Below, one piece after another: positions 1 through 9,341 of a stretch of DNA of 37,986 bases. The notes under the pieces are model-generated. The model did no database searches. It had not been told where the DNA came from and was given only the letters and a program-made list of their open reading frames with translations. Origin of the DNA: an uncultured archaeon (GTDB lineage Archaea; Asgardarchaeota; Thorarchaeia; Thorarchaeales; Thorarchaeaceae); contig CAZLEV010000026.1 in assembly GCA_964558645.1 (NCBI GenBank), forward strand, positions 1-37,986, written 5' to 3'. How positions within the stretch are numbered: the first letter of the stretch is position 1; each line of letters starts with the position of its first letter. A program made the position numbers and the translations under genes.

Positions 1-539
1 CCAGCAATACCCGTAGGGATGATTGCGTCGATTGACAGGGTGCCATAGGCCGCGAGACCGTCATGCTCGTCCACGCTAATCCTGATGATGCCTGTCTGGT
101 ATGCACTTAGGTGCGTGTCGTTCAGCACTGCGCCATTCCCGAACCGCACCGTGGTGTTCAGGTTCTCGCCCCGCTGGATGTAGATGTCGCACTTGGCGCC
201 TGTGCCAAGGATTACGTCAACACGCCGCTGGCGACCGGTGGACTCCAGATTCACCTGATTCCCCACCTCACGCACTAGGACCACCGAGCCTGACTGCGCA
301 TCGTACAGATCCACAGCCACCCTGCACATCAGCGATGTGTCATTCTCGAAGGAGATGGTGAGGTTAGCATCCGTCAGGTCACGGATGTACATCAGGATGC
401 GGCGGTTGGGCTCGGGGTTCCACTCCTCGAACCGGAACTCGGTACGGGTGGACTCGTATACCAAGTATACGCCCACTCCCGCCACTATCACGAGAACACT
501 GACAAGTATTGCAGCCTGTTTCTTCGAGAGAGTTCTCAT
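1..539 (-). CDS. Membrane-anchored extracellular protein, partial (runs off window start)
   Basis: Hand-translated: MRTLSKKQAAILVSVLVIVAGVGVYLVYES..., open to position 1. GGTGAG SD before the ATG, TTATAT box near 574-579, N-terminal TM helix, several N-x-T sequons. Confidence 0.8.
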   Translation of the reverse strand, partial: MRTLSKKQAAILVSVLVIVAGVGVYLVYESTRTEFRFEEWNPEPNRRILMYIRDLTDANLTISFENDTSLMCRVAVDLYDAQSGSVVLVREVGNQVNLESTGRQRRVDVILGTGAKCDIYIQRGENLNTTVRFGNGAVLNDTHLSAYQTGIIRISVDEHDGLAAYGTLSIDAIIPTGIA

Positions 540-612
540 CTCACCATCACACACCTGTGTTCCTCACCTGTTGATATAAGCCCAGCTGGAGGTCGGCCTG
601 AATACACGGCTC

Positions 613-2427
613 TCAGCCTCCAAGGACTATGGGAACACCGGTGAATCGGATGTCACCGATGTAGTACACCGGGAGTAGGACTGTTCCTGCAGCACCGTCG
701 TACAAGACCGTAAAGGCTGTGCGGATGTCCGATCTACTGGAACTCAAGATGCTTGCGGCCATGGCAACCGTGCCGTAACCGTATGCCACACCCACTGCTC
801 CCAGACCCATCTGGGGACGGTTCGCAAGCAGGACCGGGGTCATGCCTATCATTTGTCCCACGAGCAGCCCGCTGCTGAACAGGTTCACCGCCCTGCGCGC
901 CGCTGACATCTCCCGAGACTGCAACGGTCCGGGCTCGAACCTGCCATCAAGGCCCGCTCTGGTGAGAGAGTAGAGGGTCATCAGGGTCAGGAAGGTCTGC
1001 CCGCCGCCCAGCGGCCGCTCAGCCGGGTCCAGCCTCAGCATGTTGTCAAAGCTCATCTCGAAGACCACCTCGCCCACCAGCTCGACGTACTCCTTGGTCA
1101 GACCCCACGCCACCCGTAAGGCCTTCAGATACCCCGGCGAGTCACTGGTGATGGCCTCGTAGACCTCTCCTGCCAGGCCCTTGCCCAGTATCCGTGACCA
1201 CCTGCCTGAGGAGTCCATGGCATCATCCAGGATACCAAACCACCGAGCCCTGATGCTGTGGCCTACATACCTCGCCGCAGCGCTGATGCCGAAGGAGAGG
1301 ACCTCTGATAGGGCCTCCTGCAGGAACAGGTTCCGGCCCTCGTCGTGGGTGATGTGGAACAGGCTGAAGTTGCCAATGTAGTTCTCGTCGAAGGCTCTCC
1401 CCCGGTGAGCAGGTTGGCAAAGCGCATGATGGAACGCGTACCCACGTCCCAGACAGACTTCTCCCACAGGGTCTGGGATATCATATCAAAGCCCCAGACA
1501 GCCATGGCCGGGTTGAGCGGGGCCGAGGCCATCATCGCTGCACCAAGGGCCAGCATGTAGGGCTTGAGCTGCTCGCCCTCCTGTTCAAGGCCGATGGTGA
1601 TCTCGTAGTATCTATCGAGATAGTTGTAGTCTACTCCATCTTCAGGTACATGCTGTCTGCAAACAAGAGGTTCCTGAGGCGGCTCAGGCTGTCCATCCTG
1701 TTGGTGGGGTCTTCCCGATAGACCACGACTGCAAGGGCAGGCACTGTGTGCAGGCTCAGGTTGTTGGACACCCAGAGCGGTGCTCCAAGCTCGGTGTCCT
1801 CAGTCTCCACGGGCTCGACCCACTCACAGATCTCTCTCAGGTCAAGCTCGATGGTAGTGTTGTCCGGCGTCATGGTGAAGTTCGTCCAGTAGTTCCCACC
1901 TGCAGTCTGCACGAGTATGGTAGTATAGACAGTTTCGTCCTGGGAGATATCCTCCGGCCAGTCCAGTTCAAGGGTCATGGTCTCACCTCGGACCATCTGA
2001 TGGCGCAAGATGACCGCATCGCTGGTGAAGAAGTTCAGGATGGGGACAGAGTCCAGTAGTGCCTTGGGTGAGTCATCGTCCCAGTTGGAGTACTCCTGGA
2101 CCGTGGGCCGGACCTGCATGGTCTCGTTGGTCACAAATACGTCAATTGTATTGCTGAGAGTAGCCAATGATGCGAGAGGGTGACCACTTGTTAAGCCAGG
2201 AACGACAATTACGTCCAGATTTCGTGGCATTAAGCTATGATGCCCCTATGCTCTTGTTCCTTATACTCAGACGGGTCTTGAGCGCTATACCACCATACTC
2301 TGTGGCCGTCTGTCTTGATGCGTAAAACTCCGATTTGTTGATATGGTGATTTGTTTACTACACCGTAAGTATAGTTTCTATGTGATGTTGCAGAGTGAAT
2401 ACTCGAGGGGTCTAACCGTGAATACAA
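613..2427 (-). pseudogene. Frameshifted remnant of a large surface/membrane protein
   Basis: ORFs 2230-2427, 1631-2230, ~1400-1640 and 613-~1400 join into one protein-like reading by three successive -1 steps (near 2230, near 1640, and at the G5 run near 1399-1403). Confidence 0.6.
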
Positions 2428-4202
2428 GAAGGTATCTTCCAGTTGGTCTTATTGTTGGAATCTTATTGTCTTCAACAATTCCGGTACCTGTTAGCGCAAC
2501 TAGCTTGTCGTATGAACTCGTTGATGTCCATACTGCCTATGGCGTCCTAATGGGAAATCAGGGGCGACAACGAATGATCCTTGATATCCGTTCTGAATGC
2601 GAATACAGACTGACCCATTTGCATGATGCAATATCAATTCCTTTTGATCATCTTGAATCGAGAATTGATGAACTTAGTGGACTGAAGGATAGGGAAGTAC
2701 TTGTCTATTGTATGACAGGTGCAACTAGTCAGAGAGCTGCAGAAATCCTAGTGATTCACGGGTTTATGTGTGTGAGCAGTCTTTCGGGAGGCATTGTTGC
2801 ATGGCTCGAAGCGGAATATCCAGTTTGGACTGCGTCTCACTACGTATCGATGAATAACGGAAACTCGTTTAGCTCCAAACCTTTGCTTGCCGTCTTTGCT
2901 GGTTTCGATATATCGACGTCGGATTGTACTTCGTGTCAGGATTTTGACATGATAGGTGATGTGAATAGGACTACTCATGAAGAAGACGAATACCATCGAA
3001 CTGAATCAGTATCAGTTGATGTCAATGGTACACTCTTCGAAGCGACTGCAACCACTAGGTGGATATGGGGATTCTCAGAAGGAAGTAAGAGCATGAATGA
3101 GAGTGTTTCATTTGTGTCTTTCAAGATAACAGTACAGGGTATTGAGATGCTTGGGTATAGACTACAATACTCGATTCAACACGTAGAGTATACTCTTGGG
3201 CTGAACACTGTGATATATCTAGCGGATTCTGATTCCTATAATAGCTCAATGACGATAGTAGCATTCAAACCGAACGAAAACCCTGCCAATATCGTGTCAC
3301 TAGAGGCAATCGAATTTACAGAATCTCGAAATCTTTCATCAATCTATCGTGGCATATCCTTCATTGCGAAGAAGACTGGAAACCAGTATTCTCATGCATC
3401 CGATGGATATCTCAACACACTTAGCGATAGGTATGATCTCATTCACAAACACACCAAGCATCTATCGAAGATAGTGAAAAGAAACCTGAGATCTTTTGAC
3501 CTCGATATAGAACGCAGTTTCGCAGTTCTTTATGATCCATGTGACCTAGAGTGCTGGGCATTTGAGTTCCATAGCTGTTATGGGGCAATTGGAGCTGTTA
3601 CATTGGCCTGTCTACTAGCTGCAGTTGTAGTTTGCGCCGTATCTGGACCGCTTTTCGGTCCCTGCATAGGACCGTTTATTGTAGTATGTGGTGTTATCGA
3701 CTTCGCCCTAGCAGTCTTCTGTGCTGTAGAAGCTTACTTGGTATGCTGCTGGGACACGGGCGGTGGAGGTGGTTGTCCAATCCTTTCGGTATACAACGGA
3801 ACTACCTATGTTTCCGAAGGGCTATTGGACATTCATTCGGAATCGGACACTATCAGGACTTGCTTCTTGCAGACAGACCCAAGTCCACTGGCTAATAGAT
3901 ACTTACTTAGACTGACTGAGCACAACCAGACAAGGTCACATCTTGACGAGGTGAGGCTGTTTGGCCGCATAGATGATGGGCGTATCATCGAAATACCTCT
4001 TCTAGCTGCAAGACATGTGGCCTATGGCAACGTCTTGTATCAGCTCTCATCCAGTGATGATATACGAGTTGATATGCTGGGAGCGAATTATAATGATGGT
4101 ACGAGTCACTAAATTGACCTGCAATTTGCAGTTCCAGAGAGCATTGATTGCCTCCAATTTATGATAGTAATCGAAGGTTTCAATGTAGATGAGAAATTCT
4201 AG
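2418..4202 (+). CDS. Secreted multidomain protein: signal peptide, rhodanese domain, 10-Cys hydrophobic (halocin C8-like) segment, GGGGGCP-led C-terminal domain. In-frame TAA at 4110-4112.
   Basis: GAGGGG SD then GTG at 2418. Rhodanese motifs LDIR...HLHDAISIP, YCMTGATS and LSGGIVAW. Frame continues 29 codons past the TAA to TAG 4200-4202. Confidence 0.75.
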
Positions 4203-4248
4203 GAGTTCAAAAGGAGAAGGAAACTCACCTCAACGGAGGATGTGTGAA

Positions 4249-4524
4249 TTGAGCAACGAGCAAGGAGGATGGTTAAGTCAAAGAATAGACTCTTTTCATA
4301 AACGAGATGCGGCAACCGGACGCTGGTTTCGCCGATTTGGACAACCTATCCTGGTTGTGTATTTCGCAATCTTCGCTTTCTACCACACAGCAACTCGATT
4401 AGCACTAGTGCCCACTTCAATGCTGGCAGGCCTAACAGTGTTGTATTTCTCAACTCAGATTGCCTTGGGGTCGATTCTAGTGGTGATAATTACAAGACTG
4501 TACAGGCATGAAAGACCCGCTTAG
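4249..4524 (+). CDS. Small 2-TM membrane protein (candidate immunity protein)
   Basis: GGAGG at 4235-4239 then TTG 4249 (ATG 4240 is an alternative). Two hydrophobic helices. Confidence 0.6.
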   Translation: MSNEQGGWLSQRIDSFHKRDAATGRWFRRFGQPILVVYFAIFAFYHTATRLALVPTSMLAGLTVLYFSTQIALGSILVVIITRLYRHERPA

Positions 4525-4549
4525 TGTGGTGGAGAGAACAGCAGACACG

Positions 4550-4891
4550 CTAGTTGACTGGATTACTGCTGATATTGGAAAACTGCCGTTTGAGATCTAT
4601 GAAGGCAGGCAGAATTGTGAGCACCAACAGGTATGACAGGACAATGACAAAAGCGAGAGATGAGAGAGTGAGAACTATGGTGACAAGTGAGATGTAGAAG
4701 CAAGTCCAGACAGAGATTATCAGCCCACTCAACACCAGACGGATTCTTTGGAGTTTCTTTGGCTCAAATCCCCATGAGACTCTGAATTGCTTTCCTAGTC
4801 GCCATACTGAGAAGTAGAGGAATCCAAATGTGACCATTACCACAAGGAGATAGTTTATGGCTTCTTCCGTGGATGTCACGTGAATACTCAT
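4550..4891 (-). CDS. Small multi-TM membrane protein
   Basis: 113 aa with about 3 hydrophobic helices and basic loops. Confidence 0.65.
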   Translation of the reverse strand: MSIHVTSTEEAINYLLVVMVTFGFLYFSVWRLGKQFRVSWGFEPKKLQRIRLVLSGLIISVWTCFYISLVTIVLTLSSLAFVIVLSYLLVLTILPAFIDLKRQFSNISSNPVN

Positions 4892-5203
4892 TCCACAACA
4901 TACCTCTTGTCGATGTACAGCCCATCATGCGGATTCTGATATTTGACAGTATTGATAGTCCATTTCTCAATGGCGAAGCCAATTCTCTAGAGCTCATCGT
5001 CTGAGTTCCGAGACAGAGATTGACAGCCGGGCAATAAGGAGATGATGTTCCATCCTCTGAATTGAGGGCTCGAAGAGGCGGCTGCAATTCGGTCTAGTGC
5101 AATAGTAACACATGAGTGCCCCGTTTGCTCCGGCTAGCAAGCCTGATTTCCGATGGCGCAGTCTTTATACTGTGATGAGGAACTCTGAGAGGAGGGCTGT
5201 ATC

Positions 5204-5923
5204 ATGGACTTGCCCATCGACCAACAGATTGCTGATGCGCTCATCGAGCTGGTATCGACCACTGGAGAAGAGGATCAATACCCTGACGAGGCTCACCTGC
5301 TCAGCGAGCATAGGGAGAGATTCTACGAGCTGTACAAGACCAACGGCCTTATCGCATCCCTGACCCACCGGGTCCTGATGAACCGCGTGGTGGCTCACTA
5401 CTTCGTTGTTGTACTCCGCGACCTGAGAGAGCTCTGGCTGGAGGAGGAGGAACTGAGAGTCTTCTCCCCGGTTGCATACCCTTTTTCCATCCAGCAGTAT
5501 CGGCACTATGTGGAAAGGGTCTTCCGTTACTCCATTGTCCTAGGATGGCCAGGGGGCCTCCCAGTGATCCAGTTTCCTATGCTTGATGATCAGAGTGAGT
5601 TCATCCATGGGCAGGCATACTATTCGGGCTTGATATTGGGCTTGCTGGGACTTGGGCTTGTGCTAGGAGTGGTGGTCATGCTGAATCTCGTTGACAAGTA
5701 TGGGAATCCACCACAAGCGAGTAGACTGAAACCTGACTACCTTGTGCTTATTCCTCTGCAGCTTGCACTAGTGCTCCTGATGGGTCAACTCTGGCTTTGG
5801 GGCGGATTCATCTATCTGGTGGGAGGGTTCGGAGTCCTCGTGGTTTCCTCAATCCCGATAGTTTTGGCGAAAGCAAGAAATCGCTTGATGCAGCAGACCG
5901 ATCAAGAAGACGGGGTTCAATAG
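5204..5923 (+). CDS. Hypothetical membrane protein (C-terminal TM helices)
   Basis: GGAGG SD upstream. 239 aa with a soluble N-half and 3 hydrophobic segments. Confidence 0.65.
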   Translation: MDLPIDQQIADALIELVSTTGEEDQYPDEAHLLSEHRERFYELYKTNGLIASLTHRVLMNRVVAHYFVVVLRDLRELWLEEEELRVFSPVAYPFSIQQYRHYVERVFRYSIVLGWPGGLPVIQFPMLDDQSEFIHGQAYYSGLILGLLGLGLVLGVVVMLNLVDKYGNPPQASRLKPDYLVLIPLQLALVLLMGQLWLWGGFIYLVGGFGVLVVSSIPIVLAKARNRLMQQTDQEDGVQ

Positions 5924-5954
5924 AGTCAAGTGGTATGCCTGCCAAGTAAGTCAT

Positions 5955-6674
5955 ATGAACTGGCTGTCTGACAGAGAATCGATAACTGAGGCATCTGCCT
6001 TTGCAGTTGACATCAATGCAGAAAAGGCGGTGATGTGTTTTGAAACGAGATTCTATGGCCATCTGATTGAATCACTAGGCCTGTTTGATGCAGAGAAAGC
6101 ACCGGGAATCGCAGGCGGACTTGAGGGGAAGATCGATGATGATATTGTACTGTATCGCTGTTGTTTTGGAGCGCCGGCAGCAGGACTCCACCTAGAAGCA
6201 CTCATCGCGTCCGGTGTCAGTACCGTGATGATGGCCGGCGAGGGGGGTTCTATTTCTGCGGATTTGCCCATAGGTTCGATTGTTATTCCTACCTGGGGAA
6301 TCAGAGAAGAGGGGACATCCTATCACTACCTTCCTCCACAGGATACGGTCCATCCATCGGAGTCGCTCCTTCAGCAGATTGAGGAATCGATTGGAGCAGA
6401 GGGTTCAGCACGGGGTGGTGTATGGACGACAGACGCAGGACTCCGCGAGACCACAGACAAGGTCATAGAATACGCAGAGAGAGGGATTGTAACGGTGGAT
6501 ATGGAATGTACCGCCCTGATGGCCATTGCAATATTCCGAGAGGTAGAATTCACGGCAGTGCTTGTCGTCACAGATGAGCTCTTTGATGGGCGATGGGACC
6601 GAAGTTTTGGAAGCAGAGAAGTTGAAGTGGCAAAGAAACATGTCGCAGAGAGCATCGCGAGAGTTCTACACTAG
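5955..6674 (+). CDS. Nucleoside phosphorylase (PNP/UDP family)
   Basis: GAPAA...LE.LIA.G, REEGTSYHY, WTTDA..RET and VDME motifs. Confidence 0.9.
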   Translation: MNWLSDRESITEASAFAVDINAEKAVMCFETRFYGHLIESLGLFDAEKAPGIAGGLEGKIDDDIVLYRCCFGAPAAGLHLEALIASGVSTVMMAGEGGSISADLPIGSIVIPTWGIREEGTSYHYLPPQDTVHPSESLLQQIEESIGAEGSARGGVWTTDAGLRETTDKVIEYAERGIVTVDMECTALMAIAIFREVEFTAVLVVTDELFDGRWDRSFGSREVEVAKKHVAESIARVLH

Positions 6675-6883
6675 CTCTGTTGTCTGCAGAGACCTGTGTT
6701 CCAGTGTTCTTTGACGGAGGTTCTAGTTCTGCGTGCTAGGTCTGACGGTTTGCCCCAAGACGCTTCCGCCCCCCAATCTTCTTCGATGTTTCGGGATTCA
6801 TCAGTTACATCATGGAACCAAGGCATCACTACTAGCTGAAAGAGATAGCGAGTGTTCCTTTCGAACCCGTTCAGGCGTATCAT
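6671..6883 (-). CDS. Possible small hypothetical protein
   Basis: ATGA overlap with the flavodoxin stop and fills the gap. No recognisable motif. Confidence 0.25.
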   Translation of the reverse strand: MIRLNGFERNTRYLFQLVVMPWFHDVTDESRNIEEDWGAEASWGKPSDLARRTRTSVKEHWNTGLCRQQS

Positions 6884-7416
6884 ACTAAGAGATTACGTAT
6901 CCAGTTTCTGACTTGCTCGAAGTCCCGAAAGTCTATGACTTCAGGAATCTCCTCATCCGTCTTCTGTCTACTCTTGACGATTCTCTTGACAAGAAATCCC
7001 ACTACACGATTATACCTGGAGAAATCAAAAGCCCCGCCAAATAGGCCCGTGGAAACTGGATTGAGGCCCGGATAGGACGAGGCGACCTTATCCAAGTATT
7101 CCTCTTGTGCAATCTCGCATCTCTCAGGATCGCCAGCGTCACCACATACCACAAAGAGTGCAGTCTTGGTGTCTGAGAGAAGCGTTAGGTTGGTTTCGAT
7201 GAATTTGAGAGGTTCCTTTGTCCACTGACCTGCCTGTATGCCACTTCCAATAACGACAAGGTCGTAGGCGGAGATATCCTCAGACGGTTGAGCCTCCTTG
7301 AGATTGAAGACATCAACCTGCACATTCTGCTCTCGTGCAGTCTTCACCATCTCCTCAACAATACCTGTTGTGGTCTCATAGCGTGTCCCATAGCCAATAA
7401 GCATGCGTCCAACCAT
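6880..7416 (-). CDS. Flavodoxin-domain protein (Flavodoxin_5/HemG-like)
   Basis: YGTRYETT FMN loop, YDLVVIGSGI, FGGAFD and DFRD....RNW. AGGAG SD before ATG 7416. Confidence 0.85.
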   Translation of the reverse strand: MVGRMLIGYGTRYETTTGIVEEMVKTAREQNVQVDVFNLKEAQPSEDISAYDLVVIGSGIQAGQWTKEPLKFIETNLTLLSDTKTALFVVCGDAGDPERCEIAQEEYLDKVASSYPGLNPVSTGLFGGAFDFSRYNRVVGFLVKRIVKSRQKTDEEIPEVIDFRDFEQVRNWIRNLLV

Positions 7417-7519
7417 GACAATCTCCTTCAATCAAGACGATCAGAATACTTCTCAACCTTCGACTCTTCCAGAGTGCTAAAGTAGTTTCCTGTAAGAGAG
7501 AGAAGCGTTTGCTTCTACA

Positions 7520-7560
7520 AAAAGAGATGGCGGTGCTTACGTTGCTTCCAACGCAAGCAC
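7520..7560 (-). terminator. 12-bp hairpin plus pyrimidine/U tract ending the microprotein operon
   Basis: Minus strand GTGCTTGCGTTG-GAAG-CAACGTAAGCAC (7560-7533) followed by CGCCATCTCTTTTT. Confidence 0.5.
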
Positions 7561-7626
7561 TTCTTCACACGAGGGGTTCTTGTTGCCTTGGGAGGAGATA
7601 TCATTGTCCTGAGGCTGCGAGGTCAT
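7537..7626 (-). CDS. Putative microprotein 3 (29 aa, MTSQPQDNDISSQGNKNPSCEEVLALEAT)
   Basis: AGGAG SD overlapping the end of ORF2. Heavily overlapped by RNA stems, so it may be non-coding. Confidence 0.35.
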   Translation of the reverse strand: MTSQPQDNDISSQGNKNPSCEEVLALEAT

Positions 7627-7632
7627 AACAGA

Positions 7633-7716
7633 CTATCTCCTAAAGTATGAGTATGCAACAGCCTCAGTGGAAACGGGAAACTTCATTGTCTTCGTCTTGT
7701 CCTTAACGAGTGCCAT
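7633..7716 (-). CDS. Microprotein 2 (27 aa, MALVKDKTKTMKFPVSTEAVAYSYFRR)
   Basis: GAGGTGA SD 7 nt before the ATG. Paralogous to microprotein 1. Confidence 0.7.
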   Translation of the reverse strand: MALVKDKTKTMKFPVSTEAVAYSYFRR

Positions 7717-7723
7717 GATTGAT

Positions 7724-7825
7724 TCACCTCAGAATGGTGTAGTATGCGTAACCAATGGCTTGGGTAGACTGAATGGTCTTGTTCTTCTTCGCGGAATCAG
7801 TTCGGTTGTTGATTGTTAGAGCCAT
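7724..7825 (-). CDS. Microprotein 1 (33 aa, MALTINNRTDSAKKNKTIQSTQAIGYAYYTILR)
   Basis: TATA box 31 nt upstream. Shares MAL, KxKT and ST.A..Y.Y motifs with microprotein 2. Confidence 0.7.
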   Translation of the reverse strand: MALTINNRTDSAKKNKTIQSTQAIGYAYYTILR

Positions 7826-7856
7826 GATGTTTCACAAGGAATACTGGGTAGAATGA

Positions 7857-7911
7857 GTATATAATGCGAAGCCACAATGGAGGGTCACACAATGAAGTCA
7901 CAATCTGTGAC
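7857..7911 (-). promoter_or_regulatory. TATA box plus candidate operator for the microprotein operon
   Basis: TTATATAC at 7864-7857. CACAAT at 7873, 7888 and 7899. Palindrome GTCACA-atc-TGTGAC at 7897-7911. Confidence 0.5.
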
Positions 7912-8086
7912 CATCTAGACAGTTCCCAGGGGCGAAGACCCCGAGATGAATCAGACAGCGGGGACACGTGCCAGTGAAGAGGTTTACCGATTCTTCGCCA
8001 TGGAGTAGCATATTTTCAGAACCGTTCATTGTAAATTGGGCAGATGTGGACATCGAGCTGCCCGTCTAGGAACAGCACCGGATGGA

Positions 8087-8776
8087 TTATCTTGCAGATC
8101 GTGCGACTCGCTCGCGTTCGTCCTTTCGGGAGATCGCGTAGCTTGAAGGGTCTGCGTTATACGCGAGAAGCAGTTCATCAACGATGCATTGCTCGACAGG
8201 TTTTGCACTCTTATGGGCAGCCCGTATGGCGCCCACCGAGAGATACCTCAGGGCTATGTCAATTCTGCGCTGCGGAGCGACATCGACTGAGCGGGGATAC
8301 GCCATTCCGCCGTAGGAAATACGGGTTGTTTCCTCTGCTGGAGCCGCGTTCTCTACTGCGGTCACCAAGACCTGCATAGGATTCAGGCCGGTTCTATAGT
8401 CGATGATTTCGAAAGCCCGTCGAAGGAAAGATATCATGCGGAGTTTCTTGCCAGCACCACGACCGGTACGTGTCTTCTTCTCCTTTCGTTTTCCGGCATT
8501 CATAAGTTTGTTAACAAAGCGCTCTACGATAGGAACTCTAGATTTGTGAAATCTGCTTCGAGCGTGTCTTCCAGATGTATGAGGAATCAGAACAGGCTTA
8601 AGTGAAATGTAACGTTCAAGGCCAATGTCCTTAATCTCCACCCTTGATGGATCCCACTTACCGAATAGAAGAAGATCTGGTGTTTCTTCGGGTTGAATAG
8701 CCTCAGGTGGTTGACCGCCTTCGGGTTGTTCCTGCTCTCCTTCCACATCATTGTCGACGATTTTTTCTTCAGACAT
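8087..8776 (-). CDS. rps7: 30S ribosomal protein uS7
   Basis: LFGKW, PHT.GRH, NP.QVLV.AVENAAP.EETTRI.YGG and ERVARSAR. Acidic N-terminal extension. AGGTGG SD before ATG 8776. Confidence 0.97.
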   Translation of the reverse strand: MSEEKIVDNDVEGEQEQPEGGQPPEAIQPEETPDLLLFGKWDPSRVEIKDIGLERYISLKPVLIPHTSGRHARSRFHKSRVPIVERFVNKLMNAGKRKEKKTRTGRGAGKKLRMISFLRRAFEIIDYRTGLNPMQVLVTAVENAAPAEETTRISYGGMAYPRSVDVAPQRRIDIALRYLSVGAIRAAHKSAKPVEQCIVDELLLAYNADPSSYAISRKDERERVARSAR

Positions 8777-8785
8777 CGTGACCAC

Positions 8786-9229
8786 CTAGCGAATTGGTTT
8801 TTCAGCCTTACCATAAATTAGAGACTCAAGACTGACGCCATTGACCTTGATAACTTTCCATCGCACGCCCGGAAGGTCACCCATAGCTCCACCCATTGCA
8901 CCGCCGATGCCTTCCACAAGCACCTGGTCGTGTTCATCTATGTACTTCAAACCGCCATCGCCCGGAATGAAAGCTGTGATTTGTTTCCCATTCTTGGAGA
9001 GCTGCAATCTGACAGCCTTCCTTATGGCCGAATTCGGTTGCTTACTCTCGATTCCAACCTTCTCAAGCACGATTCCTCGAGCCTGAGGAGCTCCCTCTAG
9101 AGGATCGGTCTTTTTCCTGAGCTTCAATATTCGCCTCTTGTAGCTGGCCTTCTTCCATCTAAATCGCTTTCTTTTGGCCTTTAATGCCCGGCCAGCGAAT
9201 TCGCCCAACGGACTCTTCGACCCTGTCAA
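8786..9229 (-). CDS. rps12: 30S ribosomal protein uS12
   Basis: [25 protein letters not shown] and [10 protein letters not shown]. Confidence 0.98.
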   Translation of the reverse strand: MTGSKSPLGEFAGRALKAKRKRFRWKKASYKRRILKLRKKTDPLEGAPQARGIVLEKVGIESKQPNSAIRKAVRLQLSKNGKQITAFIPGDGGLKYIDEHDQVLVEGIGGAMGGAMGDLPGVRWKVIKVNGVSLESLIYGKAEKPIR

Positions 9230-9341
9230 TTACATTACCTCTATTATTGCTAAGGAGCCTACATTCATGGTGTGCTCTGTGGGTGGTCAGTGCATCGCCC
9301 TTATGTATACTTAAAAGCATTATGAAACGGGGCTGTGTGTT

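Noticed and set aside
2343-2417. ORF-track start for the rhodanese fusion
   Set aside because: GTG 2418 has an SD and places the signal peptide at the N-terminus.
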